Shown here: in pieces, positions 25,001 to 38,030 of the stretch
Layout of the letters: every line of letters begins with the position of its first letter
How positions within the stretch are numbered: the stretch's first letter is position 1
Origin: Eledone cirrhosa
Taxonomy: Eukaryota
Direction of reading: 5' to 3'
Assembly: GCA_964016885.1 (NCBI GenBank)
Contig: OZ024741.1
Span: forward strand, 248,062,001-248,126,000
Length of the DNA: 64,000 nucleotides
Made by a program: the position numbers and the translations under genes
Notes under the pieces: generated by a model
What the model was told of the DNA's origin: nothing
The model's database searches: none
What the model saw: only the letters and a program-made list of their open reading frames with translations

Positions 25001-26730
25001 ATCTTCCCTTGGCTGGCGGGAAATTATCTCCCCTTGGACGGCTGGAAATTATCTCCCCTTGGAAGGATGGAAATTATCTCCCCTTGGACGGCTGGAAATT
25101 ATCTCCCCTTGCACGGCTGGAAATTATCTCCCCTTGGCTGGAAATTATCTCCCCTTGGACGGCTAGAAATTATCTCTCTTTGGACGGCTGGAAATTATCA
25201 CCCCTTGAGTTTTTTACAATTTATCTCCTCCTGATTTTTTTTACAAATCTCCCAGTGATTTTTTAAAAAAATTATCTCCCCTTGGACGGCTGGAAATTAT
25301 CTCCCCTTGGACGGCTGGAAATTATCTCGCCTTGGACGGCTAGAATTTACCTCTCCTTGGAAGGCTGAAAATTATCTCCCCTTGGACGGCTGGAAATTAT
25401 CTCCCCTTGATTTTTTTTACAAATTATCTCCCTCTGATTTTTTTTTACAAATTATCTCCCCCTGATTTTTTTTTACAAATTATCTCCCCCTGATTTTTTT
25501 TTACAAATTATCTCCCCCTGATTTTTTTTTACAAATTATCTCCCCCCTGATTTTTTTACAAATTATCTCCCCTTGGCTGGCTGGAAATTATCTCCCCTTG
25601 GAGGCTGGAACTTATCTCCCCTTGGACGGCTAGAAATTACCTCTCCTTGGACGGCTGGAAAATATGTCTCCTTGGACGGACGGATATTATCTCCCCTTGG
25701 ACGGCTGGAAATTATCTCCCCTTGGACGGCTGGAAATTATCTCCCCTTGGATGGCTAGATATTACCTCCCCTTGGACGGCTGGAAATTATCTCCCCTTGA
25801 TTTTTTTTACAAATTATCTCCCCCTGATTTTTTTTTACAAATTATCTCCCCCTTATTTTTTTTTAAAAATTATCTCCCCCTGATTTTTGTTTACAAATTA
25901 TCTCCGCCTGATTTTTTTTTAAAAATTATCTACCCTTGGACGGCTGGAAATTATCTCCCCTTGGACGGCTGGAAATTATATCTCCTTGGACGGCTAGAAT
26001 TTACCTCTCCTTGGACGGCTGAAAATTATCTCCCCTTGGACGGCTGGAAATTATCTCCCCTTGATTTTTTTTACAAATTATCTCCCCCTGATTTTTTTTT
26101 ACAAATTATCTCCCCCTGATTTTTTTTTACAAATTATCTCCCCCTGATTTTTTTTTACAAATTATCTCCCCCTGATTTTTTTACAAATTATCTCCCCTTG
26201 GCTGGCTGGAAATTATCTCCCCTTGGAGGCTGGAACTTATCTCCCCTTGGACGGCTAGAAATTACCTCTCCTTGGACGGCTGGAAAATATGTCTCCTTGG
26301 ACGGCTGGATATTATCTCCCCTTGGACGGCTGGAAATTATCTCCCCTTGGACGGCTGGAAATTATCTCCCCTTGGATGGCTAGATATTACCTCCCCTTGG
26401 ACGGCTGGAAATTATCTCCCTTTGATTTTTTTTACAAATTATCTCCCCCTGATTTTTTTTTACAAATTATCTCCGCCTGATTTTTTTAAAAAAATTATCT
26501 CCCCTTGGACGGCTGGAAATTATCTCCCCTTGGACGGCTAGAAATTACCTCTCCTTGGACGGCTGAAAATTATCTCCCCTTGGACGGCTGGAAATTATCT
26601 CCCCTTGATTTTTTTACAAATTATCTCCCCCCGATTTTTTTTTTACAAATTATCTCCCCCTGATTTTTTTTTACAAATTATCTACCCCTGATTTTTTTTT
26701 ACAAATTATCTCCCCCTGATTTTTTTTACA
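19050..26730 (+). repeat. Recent tandem duplication, 2 x 3,839 bp
   Basis: Constant offset of 3839 for all ORFs from 19200/23039 through 22450/26289. Confidence 0.94.
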
Positions 26731-29700
26731 AATTATCTCCCCCTGATTTTTTTTTTACAAATTATCTCCCCCTGATTTTTTTACAAATTATCTCCCCCTG
26801 ATTTTTTTTACAAATTATCTCCGCCTGATTTTTTTAAATATTATCTCTCCTTGGCTGGCGGGAAATTATCTCCCCTTGGACGGCTGGAAATTATCTCCCC
26901 TTGGAAGGATGGAAATTATCTCCCCTTGGACGGCTGGAAATTATCTACCCCTGATTTTTTTTACAAATTATCTCCCCCTGATTTTTTTTACAAATTATCT
27001 CCCCCTGATTTTTTTTACAAATTATCTACCCCTGATTTTTTTTACAAATTATCTCCCCCTGATTTTTTTTACAAATTATCTCCCCCTGATTTTTTTTTTA
27101 CAAATTATCTCCCCCTGATTTTTTTACAAATTATCTCCCCCTGATTTTTTTTACAAATTACCTCCGCCTGATTTTTTTAATTATTATCTTCCCTTGGCTG
27201 GCGGGAAATTATCTCCCCTTGGACGGCTGAAAATTATCTCCCCTTGGACGGCTGGAAATTATCTCCCCTTGATTTTTTTACAAATTATCTCCCCCTGATT
27301 TTTTTTTTACAAATTATCTCACCCTGATTTTTTTTACAAATTATCTACCCCTGATTTTTTTTTACAAATTATCTCCCCCTGATTTTTTTTAAAAATTATC
27401 TCCCTCTGATTTTTTTTTTACAAATTATCTCCCCCTGATTTTTTTACAAATTATCTCCCCCTGATTTTTTTTACAAATTATCTCCGCCTGATTTTTTTAA
27501 ATATTATCTCTCCTTGTCTGGCGGGAAATTATCTCCCCTTGGACGGCTGGAAATTATCTCCCTTTGGAAGGATGGAAATTATCTCCCCTTGGACGGCTGG
27601 AAATTATCTCCCCTTGATTTTTTTTACAAATTATCTCCCCCTGATTTTTTTTTACAAATTATCTCCGCCTGATTTTTAAAAAAAAATTATCTCCCCTTCG
27701 CTGGCTGGAAATTATCTCCCCTTGGACGCTGGAAATTATAGCCCCTTGGAGGGCTGGAAATTATCTTCCCTTGGACGGCTGTAAATTATCTCCCCTTTAT
27801 TTTTTTTACAAATTATCTCCCCCTGATTTTTTTTTACAAATTATCTCCCCCTGATTTTTTTTTACAAATTATCTCCCCCTGATTTTTTTTTTACAAATTA
27901 TCTCCGCCTGATTTTTTAAAAAAAATTATCTCCCCTTGGACGGCTGGAAATTATCTCCCTTTGGACGGCTGGAAATTATCTCCCCTTGGACGGCTAGAAA
28001 TTATCTCTCCTTGGACGGCTGAAAATTATCTCCCCTTGGACGGCTGCAAATTATCTCCCCTTGATTTTTTTTACAAATTATCTCCCCCTGATTTTTTTTA
28101 CAAATTATCTCCCCCTGATTTTTTTTACAAATTATCTACCCCTGATTTTTTTTACAAATTATCTCCCCCTGATTTTTTTTTACAAATTATCTCCCTCTGA
28201 TTTTTTTTTACAAATTATCTCCCCCTGATTTTTTTTTTACAAATTATCTCCCCCTGATTTTTTTACAAATTATCTCCCCCTGATTTTTTTACAAATTATC
28301 TCCCCCTGATTTTTTTTACAATCTCCGCCTGATTTTTTTAAAAATTATCTTCCCTTGGCTGGCGGGAAATTATCTCCCCTTGGACGGCTGGAAATTATCT
28401 CCCCTTGGAAGGATGGAAATTATCTCCCCTTGGACGGCTGGAAATTATCTCCCTTTGATTTTTTTTACAAATTATCTCCCTCTGATTTTTTTTACAAATC
28501 TCCCCCTGATTTTTTTAAAAAAATTATCTCCCCTTCGCTGGCTGGAAATTATCTCCCCTTGGACACTGGAAATTATAGCCCCTTGGAGGGCTGGAAATTA
28601 TCTTCTCTTGGACGGCTGGAAATTATCTCCCCTTGATTTTTTTTACAAATTATCTCCGCCTGATTTTTTTTTTAAATTATCTCTCCTTGGACGGCTGGAA
28701 ATTATCTCCCCTTGATTTTTTAAAAAATTATCTCCCCTTGGAAGGCTGGAAATTATGTCCCCTTGGCTGGAAATTATCTCCCCTTGGACGGCTAGAAATT
28801 ATCTCTCTTTGGACGGCTGGAAATTATCACCCCTTGAGTTTTTTTACAAATTATCTCCCCCTGATTTTTTTTACAAATCTCCCAGTGATTTTTTAAAAAA
28901 AATTATCTCCCCTTCGCTGGCTGGAAATTATCTCCTCTTGGACGCTGGAAATTATAGCCCCTTGGAGGGCTGGAAATTATCTTTCCTTGGACGGCTGGAA
29001 ATTATCTCCCCTTGATTTTTTTTACAAATTATCTCCCCCTGATTTTTTTTACAAATTATCTCCCCCTGATTTTTTTTTACAAATTATCTGCGCCTGATTT
29101 TTTTTAAAAAATTATCTCCCCTTGGACGGCTGGAAATTATCTCCCCTTGGACGGCTGGAAATTATCTCTCCTTGGACGGCTAGAATTTACCTCTCCTTGG
29201 ACGGCTGAAAATTATCTCCCCTTGGACGGCTGGAAATTACCTCCCCTTGATTTTTTTTACAAATTATCTCCCCCTGATTTTTTTTTACAAATTATCTCCC
29301 CCTGATTTTTTTTTACAAATTATCTCCCCCTGATTTTTTTTTACAAATTATCTCCCCCTGATTTTTTTTACAAATTATCTCCCCTTGGCTGGCTGGAAAT
29401 TATCTCCCCTTGGAGGCTGGAACTTATCTCCCCTTGGACGGCTAGAAATTACCTCTCCTTGGACGGCTGGAAAATATGTCTCCTTGGACGGCTGGAAATT
29501 ATCTCCCCTTGGACGGCTGGAAATTATCTCCCTTGGACGGCTGGAAATTATCTCCCCTTGGATGGCTAGATATTACGTCCCCTTGGACGGCTGGAAATTA
29601 TCTCCCCTTGATTTTTTTTAGAAATTATCTCCCCCTGATTTTTTTTACAAATTATCTCCCCCTGATTTTTTATTACAAATTATCTCCCCCTGATTTTTGT

Positions 29701-32700
29701 TTACAAATTATCTCCGCCTGATTTTTTTTTAAAAATTATCTCCCCTTGGACGGCTGGAAATTATCTCCCCTTGGACGGCTAGAAATTACCTCTCCTTGGA
29801 CGGCTGAAAATTATCTCCACTTGGACGGCTGGAAATTATCTCCCCTTGATTTTTTTACAAATTATCTCCCCCTGATTTTTTTTTACAAATTATCTACCCC
29901 TGATTTTTTTTTACAAATTATCTACCCCTGATTTTTTTTACAAATTATCTCCCCCTGATTTTTTTTACAAATTATCTCCCCCTGATTTTTTTTTTACAAA
30001 TTATCTCCCCCTGATTTTTTTACAAATTATCTCCCCCTGATTTTTTTTACAAATTATCTCCGCCTGATTTTTTTAAATATTATCTCTCCTTGGCTGGCGG
30101 GAAATTATCTCCCCTTGGACGGCTGGAAATTATCTCCCCTTGGAAGGATGGAAATTATCTCCCCTTGGACGGCTGGAAATTATCTACCCCTGATTTTTTT
30201 TACAAATTATCTCCCCCTGATTTTTTTTACAAATTATCTCCCCCTGATTTTTTTTTACAAATTATCTACCCCTGATTTTTTTTACAAATTATCTCCCCCT
30301 GATTTTTTTTACAAATTATCTCCCCCTGATTTTTTTTTTACAAATTATCTCCCCCTGATTTTTTTACAAATTATCTCCCCCTGATTTTTTTTACAAATTA
30401 TCTCCCCTTGGAGGCTGGAATTTATCTCCCCTTGGACGGCTAGAAATTACCTCTCCTTGGACGGCTGGAAAATATGTCTCCTTGGACGGCTGGATATTAT
30501 CTCCCCTTGGACGGCTGAAAATTATCTCCCCTTGGACGGCTGGAAATTATCTCCCCTTGATTTTTTTTACAAATTATCTCCCCCTGATTTTTTTTTACAA
30601 ATTATCTCTCCCTGATTTTTTTTACAAATTATCTCCCCCTGATTTTTTTTTACAAATTTTCTGCCGCTGATTTTTTTTACAAATTATCTCCCCTTGGAGG
30701 CTGGAATTTATCTCCCCTTGGACGGCTAGAAATTACCTCTCCTTGGACGGCTGGAAAATATGTCTCCTTGGACGGCTGGATATTATCTCCCCTTGGACGG
30801 CTGGAAATTATCTCCCCATGGACGGCTGGAAATTATCTCCCCTTGGACGGCTAGAAATTATCTCTCCTTGGACGGCTGAAAATTATCTCCCCTTGGACGG
30901 CTGCAAATTATCTCCCCTTGATTTTTTTTATAAATTATCTCCCCCTGATTTTTTTTACAAATTATCTCCCCCTGATTTTTTTTACAAATTATCTACCCCT
31001 GATTTTTTTTACAAATTATCTCCCCCTGATTTTTTTTTACAAATTATCTACCTCTGATTTTTTTTTACAAATTATCTCCCCCTGATTTTTTTTTTACAAA
31101 TTAACTTCCCCTGATTTTTTTACAAATTATCTCCCCCTGATTTTTTTTACAATCTCCGCCTGATTTTTTAAAAAATTATCTTCCCTTGGCTGGCGGGAAA
31201 TTATCTCCCCTTGGACGGCTGGAAATTATCTCCCCTTGGAAGGATGGAAATTATCTCCCCTTGGACGGCTGGAAATTATCTCCCCTTGCACGGCTGGAAA
31301 TTATCTCCCCTTGGCTGGAAATTATCTCCCCTTGGACGGCTAGAAATTATCTCTCTTTGGACGGCTGGAAATTATCACCCCTTGAGTTTTTTACAAATTA
31401 TCTCCCCCTGATTTTTTTTACAAATCTCCCAGTGATTTTTTAAAAAAATTATCTCCCCTTGGACGGCTGGAAATTATCTCCCCTTGGACGGCTGGAAATT
31501 ATCTCGCCTTGGACGGCTAGAATTTACCTCTCCTTGGACGGCTGAAAATTATCTCCCCTTGGGCGGCTGGAAATTATCTCCCCTTGATTTTTTTTACAAA
31601 TTATCTCCCCCTGATTTTTTTTACAAATTATCTCCCCCTGATTTTTTTTTACAAATTATCTGCCGCTGATTTTTTTTACAAATTATCTCCCCTTGGAGGC
31701 TGGAATTTATCTCCCCTTGGACGGCTAGAATTTACCTCTCCTTGGACGGCTGAAAATTATCTCCCCTTGGACGGCTGGAAATTATCTCCCCTTGATTTTT
31801 TTTACAAATTATCTCCCTCTGATTTTTTTTTACAAATTATCTCCCCCTGATTTTTTTTTACAAATTATCTCCCCCTGATTTTTTTTTACAAATTATCTCC
31901 CCCTGATTTTTTTTACAAATTATCTCCCCCCTGATTTTTTTACAAATTATCTCCCCTTGGCTGGCTGGAAATTATCTCCCCTTGGAGGCTGGAACTTATC
32001 TCCCCTTGGACGGCTAGAAATTACCTCTCCTTGGACGGCTGGAAAATATGTCTCCTTGGACGGACGGATATTATCTCCCCTTGGACGGCTGGAAATTATC
32101 TCCCCTTGGACGGCTGGAAATTATCTCCCCTTGGATGGCTAGATATTACCTCCCCTTGGACGGCTGGAAATTATCTCCCCTTGATTTTTTTTACAAATTA
32201 TCTCCCCCTGATTTTTTTTTACAAATTATCTCCCCCTGATTTTTTTTTTAAAATTATCTCCCCCTGATTTTTGTTTACAAATTATCTCCGCCTGATTTTT
32301 TTTAAAAAATTATCTACCCTTGGACGGCTGGAAATTATCTCCCCTTGGACGGCTGGAAATTATATCTCCTTGGACGGCTAGAATTTACCTCTCCTTGGAC
32401 GGCTGAAAATTATCTCCCCTTGGACGGCTGGAAATTATCTCCCCTTGATTTTTTTTACAAATTATCTCCCCCTGATTTTTTTTTACAAATTATCTCCCCC
32501 TGATTTTTTTTTACAAATTATCTCCCCCTGATTTTTTTTTACAAATTATCTCCCCCTGATTTTTTTACAAATTATCTCCCCTTGGCTGGCTGGAAATTAT
32601 CTCCCCTTGGAGGCTGGAACTTATCTCCCCTTGGACGGCTAGAAATTACCTCTGCTTGGACGGCTGGAAAATATGTCTCCTTGGACGGCTGGATATTATC

Positions 32701-35700
32701 TCCCCTTGGACGGCTGGAAATTATCTCCCCTTGGACGGCTGGAAATTATCTCCCCTTGGATGGCTAGATATTACCTCCCCTTGGACGGCTGGAAATTATC
32801 TCCCTTTGATTTTTTTTACAAATTATCTCCCCCTTATTTTTTTTACAAATTATCTCCCCCTGATTTTTTTTTACAAATTATCTCCCCCTGATTTTTGTTT
32901 ACAAATTATCTCCGCCTGATTTTTTTTAAAAAATTATCTCCCCTTGGACGGCTGGAAATTATCTCCCCTTGGACGGCTAGAAATTACCTCTCCTTGGACG
33001 GCTGAAAATTATCTCCCCTTGGACGGCTGGAAATTATCTCCCCTTGATTTTTTTACAAATTATCTCCCCCCGATTTTTTTTTTACAAATTATCTCCCCCT
33101 GATTTTTTTTTACAAATTATCTACCCCTGATTTTTTTTTACAAATTATCTCCCCCTGATTTTTTTTACAAATTATCTCCCCCTGATTTTTTTTTTACAAA
33201 TTATCTCCCCCTGATTTTTTTACAAATTATCTCCCCCTGATTTTTTTTACAAATTATCTCCGCCTGATTTTTTTAAATATTATCTCTCCTTGGCTGGCGG
33301 GAAATTATCTCCCCTTGGACGGCTGGAAATTATCTCCCCTTGGAAGGATGGAAATTATCTCCCCTTGGACGGCTGGAAATTATCTACCCCTGATTTTTTT
33401 TACAAATTATCTCCCCCTGATTTTTTTTACAAATTATCTCCCCCTGATTTTTTTTACAAATTATCTACCCCTGATTTTTTTTACAAATTATCTCCCCCTG
33501 ATTTTTTTTACAAATTATCTCCCCCTGATTTTTTTTTTACAAATTATCTCCCCCTGATTTTTTTACAAATTATCTCCCCCTGATTTTTTTTACAAATTAT
33601 CTCCGCCTGATTTTTTTAAATATTATCTTCCCTTGGCTGGCGGGAAATTATCTCCCCTTGGACGGCTGAAAATTATCTCCCCTTGGACGGCTGGAAATTA
33701 TCTCCCCTTGATTTTTTTACAAATTATCTCCCCCTGATTTTTTTTTTACAAATAATCTCACCCTGATTTTTTTTACAAATTATCTCCCCCTGATTTTTTT
33801 TTTACAAATTATCTCCCCCTGATTTTTTTACAAATTATCTCCCCCTGATTTTTTTTACAAATTATCTCCGCCTGATTTTTTTAAATATTATCTCTCCTTG
33901 GCTGGCGGGAAATTATCTCCCCTTGGACGGCTGGAAATTATCTCCCCTTGGAAGGATGGAAATTATCTCCCCTTGGACGGCTGGAAATTATCTACCCCTG
34001 ATTTTTTTTACAAATTATCTCCCCCTGATTTATTTTACAAATTATCTCCCCCTGATTTTTTTTTTAAAAATTATCTCCCCCTGATTTTTTTACAAATTAT
34101 CTCCCCCTGATTTTTTTTACAAATTATCTCCGCCTGATTTTTTTAAATATTATCTTACCTTGGCTGGCGGGAAATTATCTCCCCTTGGACGGCTGGAAAT
34201 TATCTCCCCTTGATTTTTTTTACAAATTATCTCCCCCTGATTTTTTTTTACAAATTATCTCCGCCTGATTTTTAAAAAAAAATTATCTCCCCTTCGCTGG
34301 CTGGAAATTATCTCCCCTTGGACGCTGGAAATTATAGCCCCTTGGAGGGCTGGAAATTATCTTCCCTTGGACGGCTGGAAATTATCTCCCCTTGATTTTT
34401 TTTACAAATTATCTCCCCCTGATTTTTTTTTACAAATTATCTCCCCCTGATTTTTTTTTACAAATTATCTCCCCCTGATTTTTTTTTTACAAATTATCTC
34501 CGCCTGATTTTTTTAAAAAAATTATCTCCCCTTGGACTGCTGGAAATTATCTCCCTTTGGACGGCTGGAAATTATCTCCCCTTGGACGGCTAGAAATTAT
34601 CTCTCCTTGGACGGCTGAAAATTATCTCCCCTTGGACGGCTGCAAATTATCTCCCCTTGATTTTTTTTACAAATTATCTCCCCCTGATTTTTTTTACAAA
34701 TTATCTCCCCCTGATTTTTTTTACAAATTATCTACCCCTGATTTTTTTTACAAATTATCTCCCCCTGATTTTTTTTTACAAATTATCTCCCTCTGATTTT
34801 TTTTTACAAATTATCTCCCCCTGATTTTTTTTTTACAAATTATCTCCCCCTGATTTTTTTACAAATTATCTCCCCCTGATTTTTTTACAATCTCCGCCTG
34901 ATTTTTTTAAAAATTATCTTCCCTTGGCTGGCGGGAAATTATCTCCCCTTGGACGGCTGGAAATTATCTCCCCTTGGAAGGATGGAAATTATCTCCCCTT
35001 GGACGGCTGGAAATTATCTCCCTTTGATTTTTTTTACAAATTATCTCCCTCTGATTTTTTTTACAAATCTCCCCCTGATTTTTTTAAAAAAATTATCTCA
35101 CCTTCGCTGGCTGGAAATTATCTCCCCTTGGACACTGGAAATTATAGCCCCTTGGAGGGCTGGAAATTATCTTCTCTTGGACGGCTGGAAATTATCTCCC
35201 CTTGATTTTTTTTACAAATTATCTCCGCCTGATTTTTTTTTAAAATTATCTCTCCTTGGACGGCTGGAAATTATCTCCCCTTGATTTTTTAAAAAATTAT
35301 CTCCCCTTGGAAGGCTGGAAATTATGTCCCCTTGGCTGGAAATTATCTCCCCTTGGACGGCTAGAAATTATCTCTCTTTGGACGGCTGGAAATTATCACC
35401 CCTTGAGTTTTTTTACAAATTATCTCCCCCTGATTTTTTTTACAAATCTCCCAGTGATTTTTTAAAAAAAATTATCTCCCCTTCGCTGGCTGGAAATTAT
35501 CTCCCCTTGGACGCTGGAAATTATAGCCCCTTGGAGGGCTGGAAATTATCTTTCCTTGGACGGCTGGAAATTATCTCCCCTTGATTTTTTTTACAAATTA
35601 TCTCCCCCTGATTTTTTTTACAAATTATCTCCCCCTGATTTTTTTTTACAAATTATCTGCGCCTGATTTTTTTTAAAAAATTATCTCCCCTTGGACGGCT

Positions 35701-38030
35701 GGAAATTATCTCCCCTTGGACGGCTGGAAATTATCTCTCCTTGGACGGCTAGAATTTACCTCTCCTTGGACGGCTGAAAATTATCTCCCCTTGGACGGCT
35801 GGAAATTACCTCCCCTTGATTTTTTTTACAAATTATCTCCCCCTGATTTTTTTTTACAAATTATCTCCCCCTGATTTTTTTTTACAAATTATCTCCCCCT
35901 GATTTTTTTTTACAAATTATCTCCCCCTGATTTTTTTTACAAATTATCTCCCCTTGGCTGGCTGGAAATTATCTCCCCTTGGAGGCTGGAACTTATCTCC
36001 CCTTGGACGGCTAGAAATTACCTCTCCTTGGACGGCTGGAAAATATGTCTCCTTGGACGGCTGGAAATTATCTCCCCTTGGACGGCTGGAAATTATCTCC
36101 CTTGGACGGCTGGAAATTATCTCCCCTTGGATGGCTAGATATTACCTCCCCTTGGACGGCTGGAAATTATCTCCCCTTGATTTTTTTTAGAAATTATCTC
36201 CCCCTGATTTTTTTTTACAAATTATCTCCCCCTGATTTTTTATTACAAATTATCTCCCCCTGATTTTTGTTTACAAATTATCTCCGCCTGATTTTTTTTT
36301 TAAAATTATCTCCCCTTGGACGGCTGGAAATTATCTCCCCTTGGACGGCTAGAAATTACCTCTCCTTGGACGGCTGAAAATTATCTCCACTTGGACGGCT
36401 GGAAATTATCTCCCCTTGATTTTTTTACAAATTATCTCCCCCTGATTTTTTTTTACAAATTATCTACCCCTGATTTTTTTTTACAAATTATCTACCCCTG
36501 ATTTTTTTTTACAAATTATCTCCCCCTGATTTTTTTTACAAATTATCTCCCCCTGATTTTTTTTTTACAAATTATCTCCCCCTGATTTTTTTACAAATTA
36601 TCTCCCCCTGATTTTTTTTACAAATTATCTCCGCCTGATTTTTTTAAATATTATCTCTCCTTGGCTGGCGGGAAATTATCTCCCCTTGGACGGCTGGAAA
36701 TTATCTCCCCTTGGAAGGATGGAAATTATCTCCCCTTGGACGGCTGGAAATTATCTACCCCTGATTTTTTTTACAAATTATCTCCCCCTGATTTTTTTTA
36801 CAAATTATCTCCCCGATTTTTTTTTACAAATTATCTACCCCTGATTTTTTTTACAAATTATCTCCCCCTGATTTTTTTTACAAATTATCTCCCCCTGATT
36901 TTTTTTTTACAAATTATCTCCCCCTGATTTTTTTACAAATTATCTCCCCCTGATTTTTTTTACAAATAATCTCCCCTTGGAGGCTGGAATTTATCTCCCC
37001 TTGGACGGCTAGAAATTACCTCTCCTTGGACGGCTGGAAAATATGTCTCCTTGGACGGCTGGATATTATCTCCCCTTGGACGGCTGAAAATTATCTCCCC
37101 TTGGACGGCTGGAAATTATCTCCCCTTGATTTTTTTTACAAATTATCTCCACCTGATTTTTTTTTACAAATTATCTCCCCCTGATTTTTTTTACAAATTA
37201 TCTCCCCCTGATTTTTTTTTACAAATTATCTGCCGCTGATTTTTTTTACAAATTATCTCCCCTTGGAGGCTGGAATTTATCTCCCCTTGGACGGCTAGAA
37301 ATTACCTCTCCTTGGACGGCTGGAAAATATGTCTCCTTGGACGGCTGGATATTATCTCCCCTTGGACGGCTGGAAATTATCTCCCCATGGACGGCTGGAA
37401 ATTATCTCCCCTTGGACGGCTAGAAATTATCTCTCCTTGGACGGCTGAAAATTATCTCCCCTTGGACGGCTGCAAATTATCTTCCCTTGATTTTTTTTAT
37501 AAATTATCTCCCCCTGATTTTTTTTACAAATTATCTCCCCCTGATTTTTTTTACAAATTATCTACCTCTGATTTTTTTTTACAAATTATCTCCCCCTGAT
37601 TTTTTTTTTACAAATTATCTTCCCCTGATTTTTTTACAAATTATCTCCCCCTGATTTTTTTTACAATCTCCGCCTGATTTTTTTAAAAATTATCTTCCCT
37701 TGGCTGGCGGGAAATTATCTCCCCTTGGACGGCTGGAAATTATCTCCCCTTGGAAGGATGGAAATTATCTCCCCTTGGACGGCTGGAAATTATCTCCCCT
37801 TGCACGGCTGGAAATTATCTCCCCTTGGCTGGAAATTATCTCCCCTTGGACGGCTAGAAATTATCTCTCTTTGGACGGCTGGAAATTATCACCCCTTGAG
37901 TTTTTTACAAATTATCTCCCCCTGATTTTTTTTACAAATCTCCCAGTGATTTTTTAAAAAAATTATCTCCCCTTGGACGGCTGGAAATTATCTCCCCTTG
38001 GACGGCTGGAAATTATCTCGCCTTGGACGG
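23430..38030 (+). repeat. Higher-order repeat of ~6.6-7.1 kb (same series again at ~42.2-64 kb)
   Basis: The marker CCATGG occurs at 634, 19926, 23765, 30816, 37385, 42577, 49684, 56279 and 63422, giving spacings that include 7051, 6569, 7107, 6595 and 7143. ORF offsets of 6569 (28355/34924, 29385/35954, 30482/37051) and 6594-6595 (47222/53816, 49350/55945) agree. Confidence 0.85.
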
